Origin: Felis catus
Taxonomy: Eukaryota
DNA: 64,000 nucleotides
Direction of reading: 5' to 3'
NCBI RefSeq assembly: GCF_018350175.1
Contig: NC_058382.1
Span: 50,098,001-50,162,000, forward strand
The notes under the pieces were generated by a model that saw only the letters and a program-made list of their open reading frames with translations, was not told the DNA's origin and did no database searches. Positions within the stretch are counted from its first letter, which is position 1. The number at the start of each line of letters is the position of its first letter. The translations under genes were made by a program, and so were the position numbers. Positions 52,413-64,000 of this stretch are shown here, one piece after another.

Positions 52413-52675
52413 GAAACTTAACAGGAACCCATGGGGGAGGGGAAGGAAAAAAAAAAGAGGTTAGAGTGGGAGAGAGCCAAAGCCTAAGAGACTGTTAAAA
52501 ACTGAGAACAAACTGAGGGCTGATGGGGGGTGGGAGGGAGGAGAGGGTGGGTGATGGGTATTGAGGAGGGCACCTTTTGGGATGAGCACTGGGTGTTGTA
52601 TGGAAACCAATTTGTCAATAAATTTCATATAAAAAAAACACTCTGTAAAAAAAAATAAATAAAAAAAATTGTTTT

Positions 52676-52885
52676 TACTATTTATTTTTGAAGGAGAGAG
52701 AGCGAGAGACAGAGTGTGAGTAGGGGAGGGGCAGAAAGAGAGACACACAGCATCTGAGGCAGGCTCCAGGCTCTGAGCTGTCAGCACCGAGCCCACTCAG
52801 CCTGATGTGGGGTCCAACTCATTAGCTGTGAGATCATGGCCTCAGCGCAAGTTGGATGCTTAACTGACTGAGCCACCCAGGTGCC
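52676..52885 (-). mobile_element. CAN-SINE whose tail was split by the young L1
   Basis: Full body; its TSD TCTCATTGT(G/A)GTTT lies at 46680-46693 and 52886-52899. Confidence 0.93.
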
Positions 52886-55624
52886 TCTCATTGTAGTTTT
52901 GATTTGTAATTCCCTGATGATGAGTGATAATTGAGCATTTTTTCATGTGTCTGTTGGGCATCTAGATGTCTTCTTTGGAAAAGTGTGTATTCATGTTTTT
53001 TGCCTTTTTCTTCACTAGATTACTTGTTTTTTGGATGTTGAGTTTGGTAAGTTCTTTATAGATTTAGATACTAACTCTTTATCTGATATGTCATCTGCAA
53101 ATATCTTCTCGCATCCTGTCAGTTGCCTTTTAGTTTTGCTGATTGTTTCCTTTGCCTTGTGGAAGCTTTTTATCTTGATGATGACCCAGTAGTTCATTTT
53201 TGCTTTTTGTTTCCCTTGCCTCAGGAGACATGTTGAGTAAGAAGTTGCTGCGGCCAAGGTCAAAGGGGTTTTTGCCTGCTTTCTTCTCGAGGATTTTGAT
53301 GGCTTCCTGTCTTACATTGAGGTCTTTCACCCATTTTGAGTTTATTTTTGTGTATGGCGTAAGAAAGTGGTCCAGGTTCCTTCTTCTGCATGTCACTGTG
53401 CAGTTTTCCCAACACCGTTTGCTGGAGACTGTCTTTTTTCCTTTGGATATTCTTTCCTGCTTTGTCAAAGATGAGTTGGCCATACGTTTGTGGGTCCATT
53501 TCTGGGTTCTCTATTCTGTTCTTTGATGTATGTCTGTTTTTGAGCTAGTACCATCTGTCTTAAGGATTATAGCTTTGTAATAAATCTTGAAGTCCGGAAT
53601 TTTGGTGCATCTAGCTTTGGTTTTCTTTTTCAGGATTGTTTTGGCTATTTGGGGTCTTTGCTGGTTCCATACAAATTTGAGGATTGTTTGTTCTAGCTCT
53701 GTGAAGAATGCTAGATAGGGATTGCATTGATAGGGATTACACTGAATACATGTAGATTGCTTGGGGTAGTATTGACATTTAAAAAAAATTGGTTCTTCCA
53801 ATTCATGACTGTGGAATATTTTTCTATTTTTTTGTGTCTCTTCAATTACTTTGAATTTTTTCTATAGTTTTCAGTGTGTACATTTTTTACCTCTTTGGTT
53901 AGGTTTATTCCGAGGTATCTTATGGTTTTTGGTGCAGTTGTTAATGGGATCAATTCCTTGATTTTCTCTTTTTGCTGCTTCATTATTGGTGTATAGAAAT
54001 GCAACTGAGTCTGTGCATTGATTTTTATATCCTGAACTTTGCTGAATTCGTGGATCAGTTCTAACAGTGTTTTGGTGGAATCTTGTGTGTTTTCTATATA
54101 GAATATCATGTCATCTGCGAAGAGTGAAAGTTTGACTTCCTTCTTGCCGATTTGGGTGCCTTTTTTTTTCTTGGTGGTGTTTTGATTACTGAGATGAGGA
54201 CTTCCAATACTATGTTGAATAACAGTGGCAAGAGTGGACATCCCTGTCATGTTCATAACCTTAAGGGGGAAGCTATGTTTTTACCATTTGAAGATGATAG
54301 CAGTGGTGGGTCTTTTGTATATGGTTTTTAGGATCTTGAGGTATGATCCTTCTATCCTTACTTTCCTGAGGGTTTTTATCAAGAAAGGGTGCTGTATTTT
54401 GTCAAATGCTTTCTCTGCATCTGTTGAGAGGATCATGTGGTTCTTGTCCTTTCTTTTTTTAATGTGATGGATCACATTGATTTATGGATATTGAACCAGC
54501 CCTACATCCCAGGTATAAATCCCACTTGATCGTGGTGAATAATTCTTTTAATGTATTGTTGGATCTGGTTGGCTAGTATCTTGTTGAGAATTTTAGTGTC
54601 CATGTTCATCAGGGAAATTGGTCATTAGTTACCCTTTTTAGTGGGGTCTCTGTCTGGTTTTGGAATCAAGATAATGCTGGCCTTGTAGAATGAGTTTGGT
54701 AGTTTTCCTTCCATTTCTATTTTTTCTGGAACAGCTTCAAAAGAATAGGTGTTAACTCTTCTTTAAGTGTTTGATAGAATTCCCCTGGAATTCCAGCAGG
54801 CCCTGGACTCTTGATTTTTGGGAGATTTTTGATTACTGATTCAATTTCTTAACTGGTTATGGGTCTGTTCAAATATTCTCTTTCTTCCTGTTTCAGTTTT
54901 GGTAGTTTGTGTTTCTAGAAATTTGTCCATTTCTTCCAGATTGCCCAATTTGTTGGCATATAATTGCTCTTAATATATTTTTTGTATTTCTGTGGTGTTG
55001 CGTGTGACCTGTACTCTTTCATTCTTGATTTTATTTATTTGGGTCTTTGCCTTTTTCCTTTTAAACAAACTGACTAGTGGTTTGTCATTTTCGTTTTTTT
55101 CTTTTTTCTTTTTTTATTTCAATATCGTTGATTTCTACTCTAATCTTAATTATTTCCCATCTTCTGCTGTTTTTGGGTTTTATTTGCTGTTCTTTTTCTA
55201 GCTCTTTAACATGTAAGGTTAGTTTGTGTATCTGAGACATTTCTTCTTTAAAAAAATTTTCTTTAACATTTATTTTGAGAGACAGAGAGAGCATTAGCAG
55301 GCAGAGAGGCAGAGAGAGAGGGAGACACAGAATCCGAAGCACACTGCAGGCTCTGAGCTGTCAGCATAGAGCCTGACACGGGGCCCAAACCCATGAGCTG
55401 TGAGATCATGACCTGAGCTGAAGTTGGACGCCTAACCGACTGAGCCGCTGAGGCACCCTGACCTTTCTTCCTTCTTTAGGATGGCCTGGATTGCTGTATA
55501 CTTCTCACTTATGAGTGCTTTTGCTGCATCCCAGAGGTTTTGGGCTGTGATGTTAACATTTTCATTGGCTTCCATGTACTTTTTAATTTCTTTTTAACTT
55601 CTTGGCTTATCTATTCATTCTTTA
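52886..55624 (-). mobile_element. Older felid/carnivore L1, ORF2 region (continuation of 45865-46693), 5'-truncated, many frameshifts
   Basis: Minus-strand fragments [51 protein letters not shown]. Confidence 0.95.
55245..55459 (-). mobile_element. CAN-SINE nested in the older L1
   Basis: Full body interrupting ORF2; GAC(A/C)TTTCTTC on both sides. Confidence 0.93.
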
Positions 55625-56362
55625 GGGCATTTGACTTTTTGACCTGCCCTTTAATCTTGTGCAGATTGCTCAAAGGTAAATGAATACATACCTGATCCCA
55701 TTTTCTTTAATTTTACTGAATTATGACGTTTATTTTTACTTGTATCTAGAAAGATTTCAGACCTAATGAAGAATATCTATTAGTTTTATTTTTCCAATAT
55801 AAAAGCCCCATCTTTGTATATGATTTTGATAGCGATTCAAGTGATAGATCAATTAACAAATTGTTTAGTTAAAAATTCATTTAACTTTAAAGAGGAATCT
55901 TTGCTTCCCCTCTTTTTATTTTTTTAATGTTCATTCAGACATTAAATTTTTTTTTCGTTTTAATTGAAGGCATTTTTGAAGCGCCTTTCCTGGAAGTAAT
56001 CTCTACCAAGTTATTGCTAGGTTCCTGCACCTTTTTCGTTTTATGTGAAAGTTAATGGTACATAAAAAGACTGTGTTCTGCTGGTAATGATGATAAATAT
56101 TGTGGAAATATCGCCTTGGATCCCCTCTGGAGAACCTGTAGCTGGAGTGGTGGCAAAGTCTGGTCTTAATTGAGGAACAGAGTCCACACCATTTAGGTGT
56201 CCACCAAATCTGAGAGGCTGAAAATCCAGTGCAAGTGAAAATGATAGCCCTTGTGCATCTAGCAGTGAGTGACCTTCTCTGCATGATAGGGAGGAGAGAA
56301 GAGAGCCTGAAAATGTTGCCGCAAGATGCCCAGAATGTGGACCGAAGACCTTCTTGCACTAG

Positions 56363-56883
56363 TGTGGTAGGCAGAATAATGGCCTTCTCAAAGATGTCCA
56401 CATTCTAATCCCAGGAACCTGTGAATATGTCACCTTCCGTGGAAAAAGGAGTTTTGAAGATGTAATTGAGACATTGCACCAGGAATTACCCTGGATATCC
56501 AGGTGGACCGAGTCTAATCTGGCTTGGTCATTGAGGGATGCTGTGGAAAAAGGTGGAGGATTCAAAGTGTGAGAGTCTGCCTTGAAAGGAGGAAGAGGGG
56601 CAATGAGCCAGGGAATGCGGGTATCCTATAGAGTCAGGGAATGACCCTCAGCTGCTTTCTAGGAAGCAGACAGATCTCAGTTCCACAGCTACAGGAACTG
56701 AATTTTGCTAGTAATCTGTATGAGCAAGGAAAAAAGTCCTCCCCTAACCCCTCCAGAAAGGGACCCAGTCCTTCTAATACCTTTATTGAAGCCTGATAAG
56801 ACCCTCACCAGATGTTTGACCTACAAAACTGTAAGCTGTTAATTTCGTGTTGATTTGTTACAACAGCGATAGGAAGCAAATAA
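56363..56883 (+). mobile_element. MaLR solo LTR (MLT1D/E-like)
   Basis: tgtggtaggcagaataatggcc…aaagatgtccacattctaatcccaggaacctgtgaatatgt…gacctacaaaactgtaag…acagcgataggaa. Confidence 0.9.
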
Positions 56884-57337
56884 AATGTTATGGAATAAAT
56901 GAAAAAGATTGAGAGAGCAGCCTCATTTGGTGGGTCGTTTTCAGCACTTGGAAGGGACTGCTATATTAAATAAGGCAAAACATTACTGACAACTCAGGCA
57001 AACATCCAGATCACTTAAAATAATAAAGGCCAGATGCACACAAGAGTCGGACATAGGAGACCTAGCCTTTTTATTGAGGTATTTATAAAAAATAATTATC
57101 AAATGATTTTAGTGAACTATTTGTTGTTTCTGGGTAAATGTCATATGTAGATAAATTGATTGCAATTACTCAGATGCTAACAATCATTGTGAAGGAAGAA
57201 TTGTGCACTTAGCAATTGGGTCAGGTGTTTTTATTTTGTTTTGGGTCAAATTTTGTGCCAACTTGTTTGCTTTTTCCTCTGTAGTTAATTGAATCTTCTC
57301 CAAAATGAGTGCTTGAGTGTAATCTTTTTTAGCTCAC

Positions 57338-57438
57338 TTTTTTTTTTTTTAAGTATTTTGACACCCAATGTGGGGCTTGAACTCAAAACCCTGGGATCAA
57401 GAGTCAAATGCTCTACCGACTGAGCCAGCCAGGCATCC
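57338..57438 (-). mobile_element. Short tRNA-Lys-derived CAN-SINE
   Basis: acacccaatgtggggcttgaactc…gatcaagagtcaaatgctctaccgactgagccagccaggca; TTAGCTCAC on both sides. Confidence 0.9.
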
Positions 57439-57884
57439 TTAGCTCACCTACTTTTAATTCACCATCTCTCCCTCTCCCTGGCTCTCTTCTTGGGGCTCCT
57501 GAGTACCACTTAGTTGTTCATTAGGATCCTGTGTTGGGATCATCCTGAGCATGCAGAACTCTATGCAAGTGTACTCAGGACTTGCATAGGGATGTAATGT
57601 GTAGGCACAGAAGGCATTTTGGCTGTTCCTAGATCATTGCTAGGTTTAAATTGTGGTGTGATTTCACTTGTTCAAAATAAGATTCCTATTTTGAGGATTT
57701 AAACTGCTCTGAGAGGTGGGGTCTAAGAGTCCATGAAAGTTATGCTTACACAGACGGGACTAGTGAAGTCCATCCTGAATTGATAAAGACTGTTAACATT
57801 TGTGCCTGTGTGTTGTGTTAGGTTATATATAAGCTAGAAAGATCTTTTCCTCCTTAGCCCCAGGCAGAGCATTTCAGGCCTATT

Positions 57885-58272
57885 ACTTATGGGCTGAATT
57901 ATGTCCCCCTACCCAAATTCACTTGTTGAAGCCCTAACCCCTGCCCCAGTTGACTAAATTTGGATATAGGGCTTCTAAGGAGGTAAATTAAGGTTAAATA
58001 AGCTCATAAGAGTGGGGTCCCACCTGGGAACTGCTGTTCTTATAAGGAGAAGGGACATCAAAGATCTTTCTCTCTGTGCTCACAGAGAAAAGACCATGTG
58101 AGCACACCACAAGAAGGAATTGTCTACAAGTCAGGAAGAGAGATCTTACCAGAAGCTGAATTTACTGATATTTAGATCATTGACTTCTAGCTTCCAGAAT
58201 TGGGAGAAAATAATTTTGTTTAAGCCTCGCTGTCTGTGGTATTTTGTTATAGAAGTCCTAGAAGATTCATAC
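57885..58272 (+). mobile_element. MaLR solo LTR (MLT1A-like)
   Basis: tatgggctgaattatgtcccc…aaattcacttgttgaagccctaaccc…ttgacttctagcttccagaa…tctgtggtattttgttatag. Confidence 0.85.
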
Positions 58273-58499
58273 AAGATGACTTTTGGGAGTCTGCATTTCA
58301 TCCTTGGAAGTCCTTGAAGCAAATTAAGCTTGGGACATATAGCATCATCCATTTTGCATTTGAAAGCAAGTATCTCTGGCTGTTGTGTAAACAGTGACAT
58401 AAAAGGAGGGCAAAAATGGAAGTGGAAAGCCAGTGGAGAGGATACTGTGGTGCTCCACAGGAGAGACAGTAACATTTTTCGCCATTTGATTATGTAGAG

Positions 58500-60155
58500 C
58501 ATAAATGATTACTCCAAATTGGGAAGTTTGTAACATATTCTACTTGTGCAGTTTATAACATAGGACGGTAAGAATATGTATCAACAATAGCACAGAAACT
58601 GGGGATTGGGGTTAATAGACTGATACTGTTGAAAATTAATACATTTTATGTAAGATATTACACTATTAACATAAAGTTGATAGTGATAATTGTATTATTC
58701 ATAATGTAACCTCTAAGTTGACATGAAACAGGTGAAGAGATTGCTAAAAAGCCAATATAGGAACTTAAATGAAATACTGAGGATATTTCATTAACTCAAA
58801 ATGAGGCAGAAAAGAAGGGATAGAGCAAACAGAAACAGATGGGACAATGAGGAATCAAATAGCAAAATGGTAAACCAAAATCAAGCTAGATCTAAAATAA
58901 TATTCAATGTAAATGGAATGAATGTGCCAGTTAAGTGATAGAGGTTGTCTGACAGGAGGGAAACAAAGCAAGATCCAATTAAGTTCTATCTACAGAAACA
59001 TACTTTAATTATAAAAACAAATAAAAGGTGACAGCAAAAGGCTAGGAATAGATAGGTCATACAAGCAATAAACATGAGAAGGAGGCAATAATATGTTAAT
59101 ATTAGACAATATCCACCTCAAAATGAGAATTGATAAGAAGGTAAATGTTATTTTTTTATTTTTATTTTTTTAATTATGTTTTTTATTTTATTTTTTAATA
59201 TTAAATATAATTTATTGTTAAATTGGTTTCCATACAACACCCAGTGCTCATCCTAACAGGTGCCCTCCTCAATGCCCATCACCCACTTTCCCCTCTTCCC
59301 TAAGCGCCATCAACCCTCAGTTCTCAATATTTAAGAGTCTCTTATGGTTTGCCAAGAGGGACATTTTATAATGGAAACAATGCTGTCTTATCACAATTAA
59401 TACACAGAATTAATACACATGTGCCTAATAATAGAGCTTCCGGTTACATGATACAAAAATAGCCAGAATTAAAGGGAAAATAGACAGTTGCACTATCATG
59501 GTTGAAGATATTAACACGTCCTCTCAATTAATATAAGTGGACATGAAAATCAATAAGGAATAGAAGATAGGAACAGTATCATCAACCTCCTTGATCGAAT
59601 TGTTTCTAAAACACATCCCTTTCAAGTGTGGTGGAGCTCTCAAGATGCATGCTGAGCTATAAAACAAATCTCAAGAAATTTAAATTGTTGCAACTAATTG
59701 GAACTATCTATTAAAGCTAAACTTAGGCCTACAATGTGGATCAGCAAACCTACTTATAGATATTTACCATTGAGAATTGAATCTACCAAAAAACAAGCAC
59801 AAGAGTGTGTACAGCAACTTTATTCCTAATACCCCAGTTCTAGAAAGCAGGTAAATGCCCATCAACAGGAGAATGGAGACCTACTTATTTAAGACAGTAT
59901 AACACGGAAAGAAAAACAGACTTTTGCTACACAGGGAAATATGGATGAGCTTGCATATATAATGAAAAGCTCAAGAATCCAGTTCTAAATATAGTCAAAC
60001 TGTACAATTCCATTCATGTGAAATTCAAGAACAGGTAAAATGAATCAACAGTTATAGAAAGCAGAAGAGTTGGAATAGCTATTCTTGGGGTGGGAGACAT
60101 TGCCTGGGAAGGGCCCAAGGGAGCCTTGTATATGCCGATAATTTATGTCTTCCAT
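58500..60155 (+). mobile_element. Very old L1 remnants (ORF2 5' region and 3'UTR pieces)
   Basis: aatgtaaatggaatgaatgtgccagttaa…gaattaaagggaaaatagacag…atgcccatcaacaggagaatgga…aattccattcatgtgaaattcaagaacagg. Confidence 0.65.
59148..59352 (-). mobile_element. Short felid L1 3'UTR insertion with T-rich tail
   Basis: aatttattgttaaattggtttccatacaacacccagtgctcatcc…taagagtctcttatgg, homologous to 37690-37835. Confidence 0.9.
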
Positions 60156-60318
60156 AGGTAGAAGTGAAGTCCAAGTCAAGACAAGTGACTGGTTCAAGAG
60201 ACTCAGCCTCCACCCAGGAAAATAATCTTTATAAAAAAATATGATTCATGATGACCTTGGTTTTCCAGTCAGAATTCTTAGGGGCTCCCAGGTGGTCCTC
60301 ACGGTAGTACTGGTAGAT

Positions 60319-60382
60319 CATTCCTCTGCCCCCTTCCCCTCACCTGTGCACATTCCTCTGCCCCCTTCCCCTCACCTGTGCA
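60319..60382. repeat. Perfect 32-bp tandem duplication
   Basis: CATTCCTCTGCCCCCTTCCCCTCACCTGTGCA at 60319-60350 and 60351-60382. Confidence 0.97.
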
Positions 60383-60535
60383 TTATTTCTAAATACCACG
60401 ACTTGAACTGTGTGCTCCTTTGGATAGAAGCTTGAAAACAAGTGATCTTTGTGCCAATCATAGATATTTTCTTGAGCAAATTATTGATTGAATCAATCTT
60501 ACAATGAGACCTTTTTTAAAAAAATGATAGTAGCA

Positions 60536-60654
60536 TTTATTTTTAAAGATTAAAAAAAAATTTCTAAGTCATCTCTACACCCAGTGTGGGGCTTGAACTC
60601 ACAACCTTGAGGTCAAGAGTCGTATGCTTCACCAACTGAGCCAGCCAGCTGCCA
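60536..60654 (-). mobile_element. Short tRNA-Lys-derived CAN-SINE
   Basis: taagtcatctctacacccagtgtggggcttgaactcacaacc…tcaagagtcgtatgc…ctgagccagccag. Confidence 0.9.
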
Positions 60655-61034
60655 CTAAAATGCAGCCTTTTGAATGACCTAAAAATATAAATTGTAAAGA
60701 ACCATTTCGAAGCACAGTCCTTCCCAAACTGATACACTGATGAATTTTTGAAGTATGGCCTTGATGGGCAAAACTTTTGGGCCAGTTGAAGTTACTGTGA
60801 ACTTGTGAAAATGAATTTTTTTTAATATGCTTTTCCTACTTTTCCTACGTTTCTTCTCATTAGCTGCCCCTTCTTGACTTCTCTTTCTCTTACTGCAGGT
60901 ATAAGTAGTAGGGGGCATCTCTTCACACAAGCCCAAACAAGCTTGGGCAGCCTTGCATAAAGCTTTTGATAGAAACACATTATACATTGGGATTTTCCCA
61001 GGGTACCATAGTGTTACCAATGGGAGAGGCTGTT

Positions 61035-61625
61035 GTGTGATGGGAGGTCTTGGTTCTGGGATTCCCTACGAAAGATTTACATGAGGATCTGTCCTCTAAT
61101 AAAGACAGCCAGAAGGAGAGTGGAGAGTGGTAAGCACAAAGCAGTTTATTAAGGACCGTACACTCTCAGGGTGGGAGAGTGGGCAGGCTCAGAGGTGGCA
61201 GCTGCACTGGCGTTAGGTCTTTTCTTTTTGTGTTTCCATCGGTTATGGGTCATAGCTAGAGCAGTCTCTGACTGAGGTTGTTTCCAGTCATTTAAGGGAC
61301 TCCCTCTACCAGTTGGGAGGGGGAGTTTTTTTACCTTACAAGGTTCTTGGCAGAACTGTCACGGCCATCGTTGGGTGGGGGGTGTCAAAATCACAATGTA
61401 AATATATTATAATGAAGCTATAGGTTACCCTGGCACAAAGGTTGAAGAGGAGACTGCACGTTATGTACCTATGGCTCTTGGTCTGTCAGCCCTGGGGTGT
61501 TGGAAGCAGCAAGGCCAAGATGTTAAGAGCCACAAAGTCGGGATTTAGTCCTCAGGCTTCTAATGGGTCACCTATTTATTCATCACCTTTCTCTCCATCT
61601 CATGTCTAACTGCCTATTCTATCTA
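61035..61625 (-). mobile_element. Probable ERV solo LTR
   Basis: ~600 bp with aaagcagtttattaag (poly-A signal on minus strand), tattataatga box and tctaactgccta end, typical of reverse-oriented ERV1-class LTRs. Confidence 0.5.
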
Positions 61626-61662
61626 TAGTAGCTTCAGGGAAATCATACACATACATGTGTGT

Positions 61663-61895
61663 TAGTATAGCATGGGTTAGGATAACAAGTGTTAGAGTCA
61701 GATCTGAATCTAAACAGTGGTTTGGTTCTCAGCCACTGTGCAATGTTAGGCAAGTTACTAAAACTCTCTGAGCTTCCGTTTCCTTATCTGTAAATGTAAT
61801 TAATAATCATTGCCTCATAGGGTTATTGTGAGGTTAAATATCTAGAATGGTGTCAGGCATATTGTAAAGGCTCAATAAACAATGGTTTTATTATT
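61663..61895 (+). mobile_element. MIR SINE
   Basis: agtatagcatgggttag…ttagagtcaga…ttaggcaagttactaaactctctgagcttccgtttccttatctgtaaa…cctcatagggttattgtgagg. Confidence 0.85.
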
Positions 61896-63093
61896 ATATG
61901 ATGATGATAATGCTGCTACTGGTGCTGCCATTAAACTTAGTGGAATTCTGACCTCCTCCTTCCGTAAATATAGGCAAAAACATCAGCACACAGTTATGCA
62001 CAATTAAATGAGTTCTTTTGCTCCTTACTTTCTGGATAATGGGGCTTATAAATTCTTCATAAAGCACTTTGGATTCTGGAGCTAAAGCTCTAAAGAAGTC
62101 TAATGACTAAATAAAATTTAAATGCCATTAGTACTTCACATAATTATCACAAAGTGCCAGAGGGATATTTGGAAAATAAATAAATGGAGTCGGCTCTTTT
62201 GTTCTCTTTAAGATTTCTACTGAGATGTTAACAGACAGAAAAACATTAAAAATACTTTATGAAATTTATTTTTGCTTTAATTTTTTAAAATCCCACATTG
62301 TTTAGCTCAGGAGGCTGTGACTATAAGCAAGTTTCAGAGTAGTTTATTAGCTTTTAGAATAAGAGTTAGCTTTGTGAATTACCTAATTACACTCAACCTT
62401 GGTGCTGTTGATATTTTGCATAATCACTGTAGAACAATGCATGTGTGGCATGTGTGCACTATAGTTTAATTTGGCAGAGTCATTCTTTCTCAATGTCTGG
62501 GGAATTTATGGACCATTGTAAAAATAATTGGTATGGAAACTCAAAGTGCTTTTTATCTTAAATAACAATATTTCACTTATACAACATATACAGACAAGGG
62601 TCTGGAAAGAGTATAGGCCACTAGTGGTAAAAAAATAAAATGATTATATATCATAAATTCTGTTATCATCAGTGAAAGAGAAGATTGAATGAAATGCTTA
62701 CATTTGTTTGAAAGAAGCAGGAATTTGATTCATGTGAAACAAGGGCTATATTTTATTTACTATTTAATTTGTGCAGGAAACTACACATTTTACATATATT
62801 ACCTGATTTAAACTCTCAATGCCCTTGTGAGGAGGTGCTCAGTGGAAAATACAGTATATTTTCAACAGCAAATTCTTACTGACCACTTACTCTGTTTCAG
62901 TTGTTATGCAGGACACTGGGAATTCACCAGTGGTTAAGACATGCCTTGTTATGTTTTCTGAACTCTCCCAAAAGGTGAGGATCATCCATATATAAATGAA
63001 AAAAAAGTTTGTGATAAGTAGGGAGGATAAGAAGAAACAAAGAAGTATGAGTATTGATTTCTAAGCATAATTCATTTGTGGGTAGGCATTCTT

Positions 63094-63310
63094 TTTTTTT
63101 TTAATTTTTTTTTAGTGTTTATTTATTTTTGAGACAGAGACAGAGCATGAATGGGGGAGGGGCAGAGAGAGGGAGACACAGAATCTGAAACAGGCTCCAG
63201 GCTCTGAGCTGTCAGCACAGAGCCTGACCCGGGGCTCGAACTCGCGGACCGCGAGATCATGACCTGAGCCAAAGTCGGCCGCTTAACCGACTGAGCCATC
63301 CAGGTGCCCC
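63094..63310 (-). mobile_element. Young feline CAN-SINE
   Basis: CpG-rich body; TSD GGTAGGCATTCTT at 63081-63093 and 63314-63326. Confidence 0.97.
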
Positions 63311-64000
63311 AAAGGTAGGCATTCTTAAAATAGTCACTGTATCACTTTGGCATTGGAAGATTCCCCAAGTTTTAGATTGTAGGACAGGGATGACTCAGAC
63401 CTCATTTACTCTCAGATTCAGTGACTGTTTTCTCTGCACATCTGGGCCAGGCCAGGCATTGTGGTACAGTATGTGGAGTACACAGCCATGCCCAAGTAGA
63501 GGGATCTGAAAGATGATGGCCTGGATGCACTTACTGTCCTCCTTTTCCAGTCAGGATCTACACAGTAAAACAGACCCTGGAGGTTGTGTTTCTGGAGGTG
63601 ATATTTCCCGAGATGTCTCTGAAAGAGGGCAGGTTCAGGGGACTTAATTATCTGGAATGATGGCCCAAGCCTCTCCTCAGCCAGCAGTTGGGGGCAGACC
63701 TCATAAAAGAGCTGTTCACTTCTTCTAGCCTGTGGTCCTTAGATGGGCTTTCTTGTTGTTTAAATCTGCACAGAGCTGGAGAGCAACTGGCCTGAGGGGC
63801 TGAATTAAATCTTCCCTTGTCTGGAAGCCATCTGTGTCCTAACAGCTTCAGGTAGTTTTTCTGTCTGTCATCCCCACAGGGCAGCAGCTTGATGCTCTGA
63901 CTCTGGCAGGGACTGTTTAGTTGTTCACTGCCCACTGGTTGGCCAGTGGCTTAGAGACCCTTGCAGCCTAGGTAGAGAGTGTAGGAATTACAACCATGGC

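Larger units (their letters stand above)
46710..52660 (+). mobile_element. Full-length young felid LINE-1 (~5.95 kb)
   Basis: 5' end ggggagaagcagcaagatggcgg, CpG-rich 5'UTR, ORF1, ORF2, 3'UTR, A tail; TSD AAAAAAAATTGTTTT at 46695-46709 and 52661-52675. Confidence 0.98.

Noticed and set aside
56003..56401. 132-aa minus-strand ORF
   Set aside because: Starts inside an MLT1 LTR and shows no recognisable homology

Overview
Repeat-rich mammalian genomic DNA from a carnivore, almost certainly a felid, judged by feline-type CAN-SINEs and felid-type LINE-1. I could not support any host protein-coding gene, tRNA gene or rRNA gene. The only real ORFs belong to LINE-1. A young full-length L1 (+, 46710-52660) has an open ORF1 and an ORF2 broken by three in-frame stops and no frameshifts. 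It is nested in a SINE that is itself nested in an older minus-strand L1. The rest is about 25 CAN-SINEs (22 on the minus strand), old L1/L2/MIR fragments, MaLR/ERV LTRs, MER20 and microsatellites. The two most unusual elements are (i) an old minus-strand L1 5'UTR at about 20960-22380 that is CpG-island-like, carries a 19/38-bp tandem array with seven TGACGTAA (CRE/ATF-like) sites and is followed by a strong + strand splice donor, making it a candidate exapted promoter, and (ii) an unexplained 200-bp near-perfect palindrome at 5507-5706. Repeat subfamily names are from recognition of consensus motifs, not a database search, and boundaries of old repeats are approximate.
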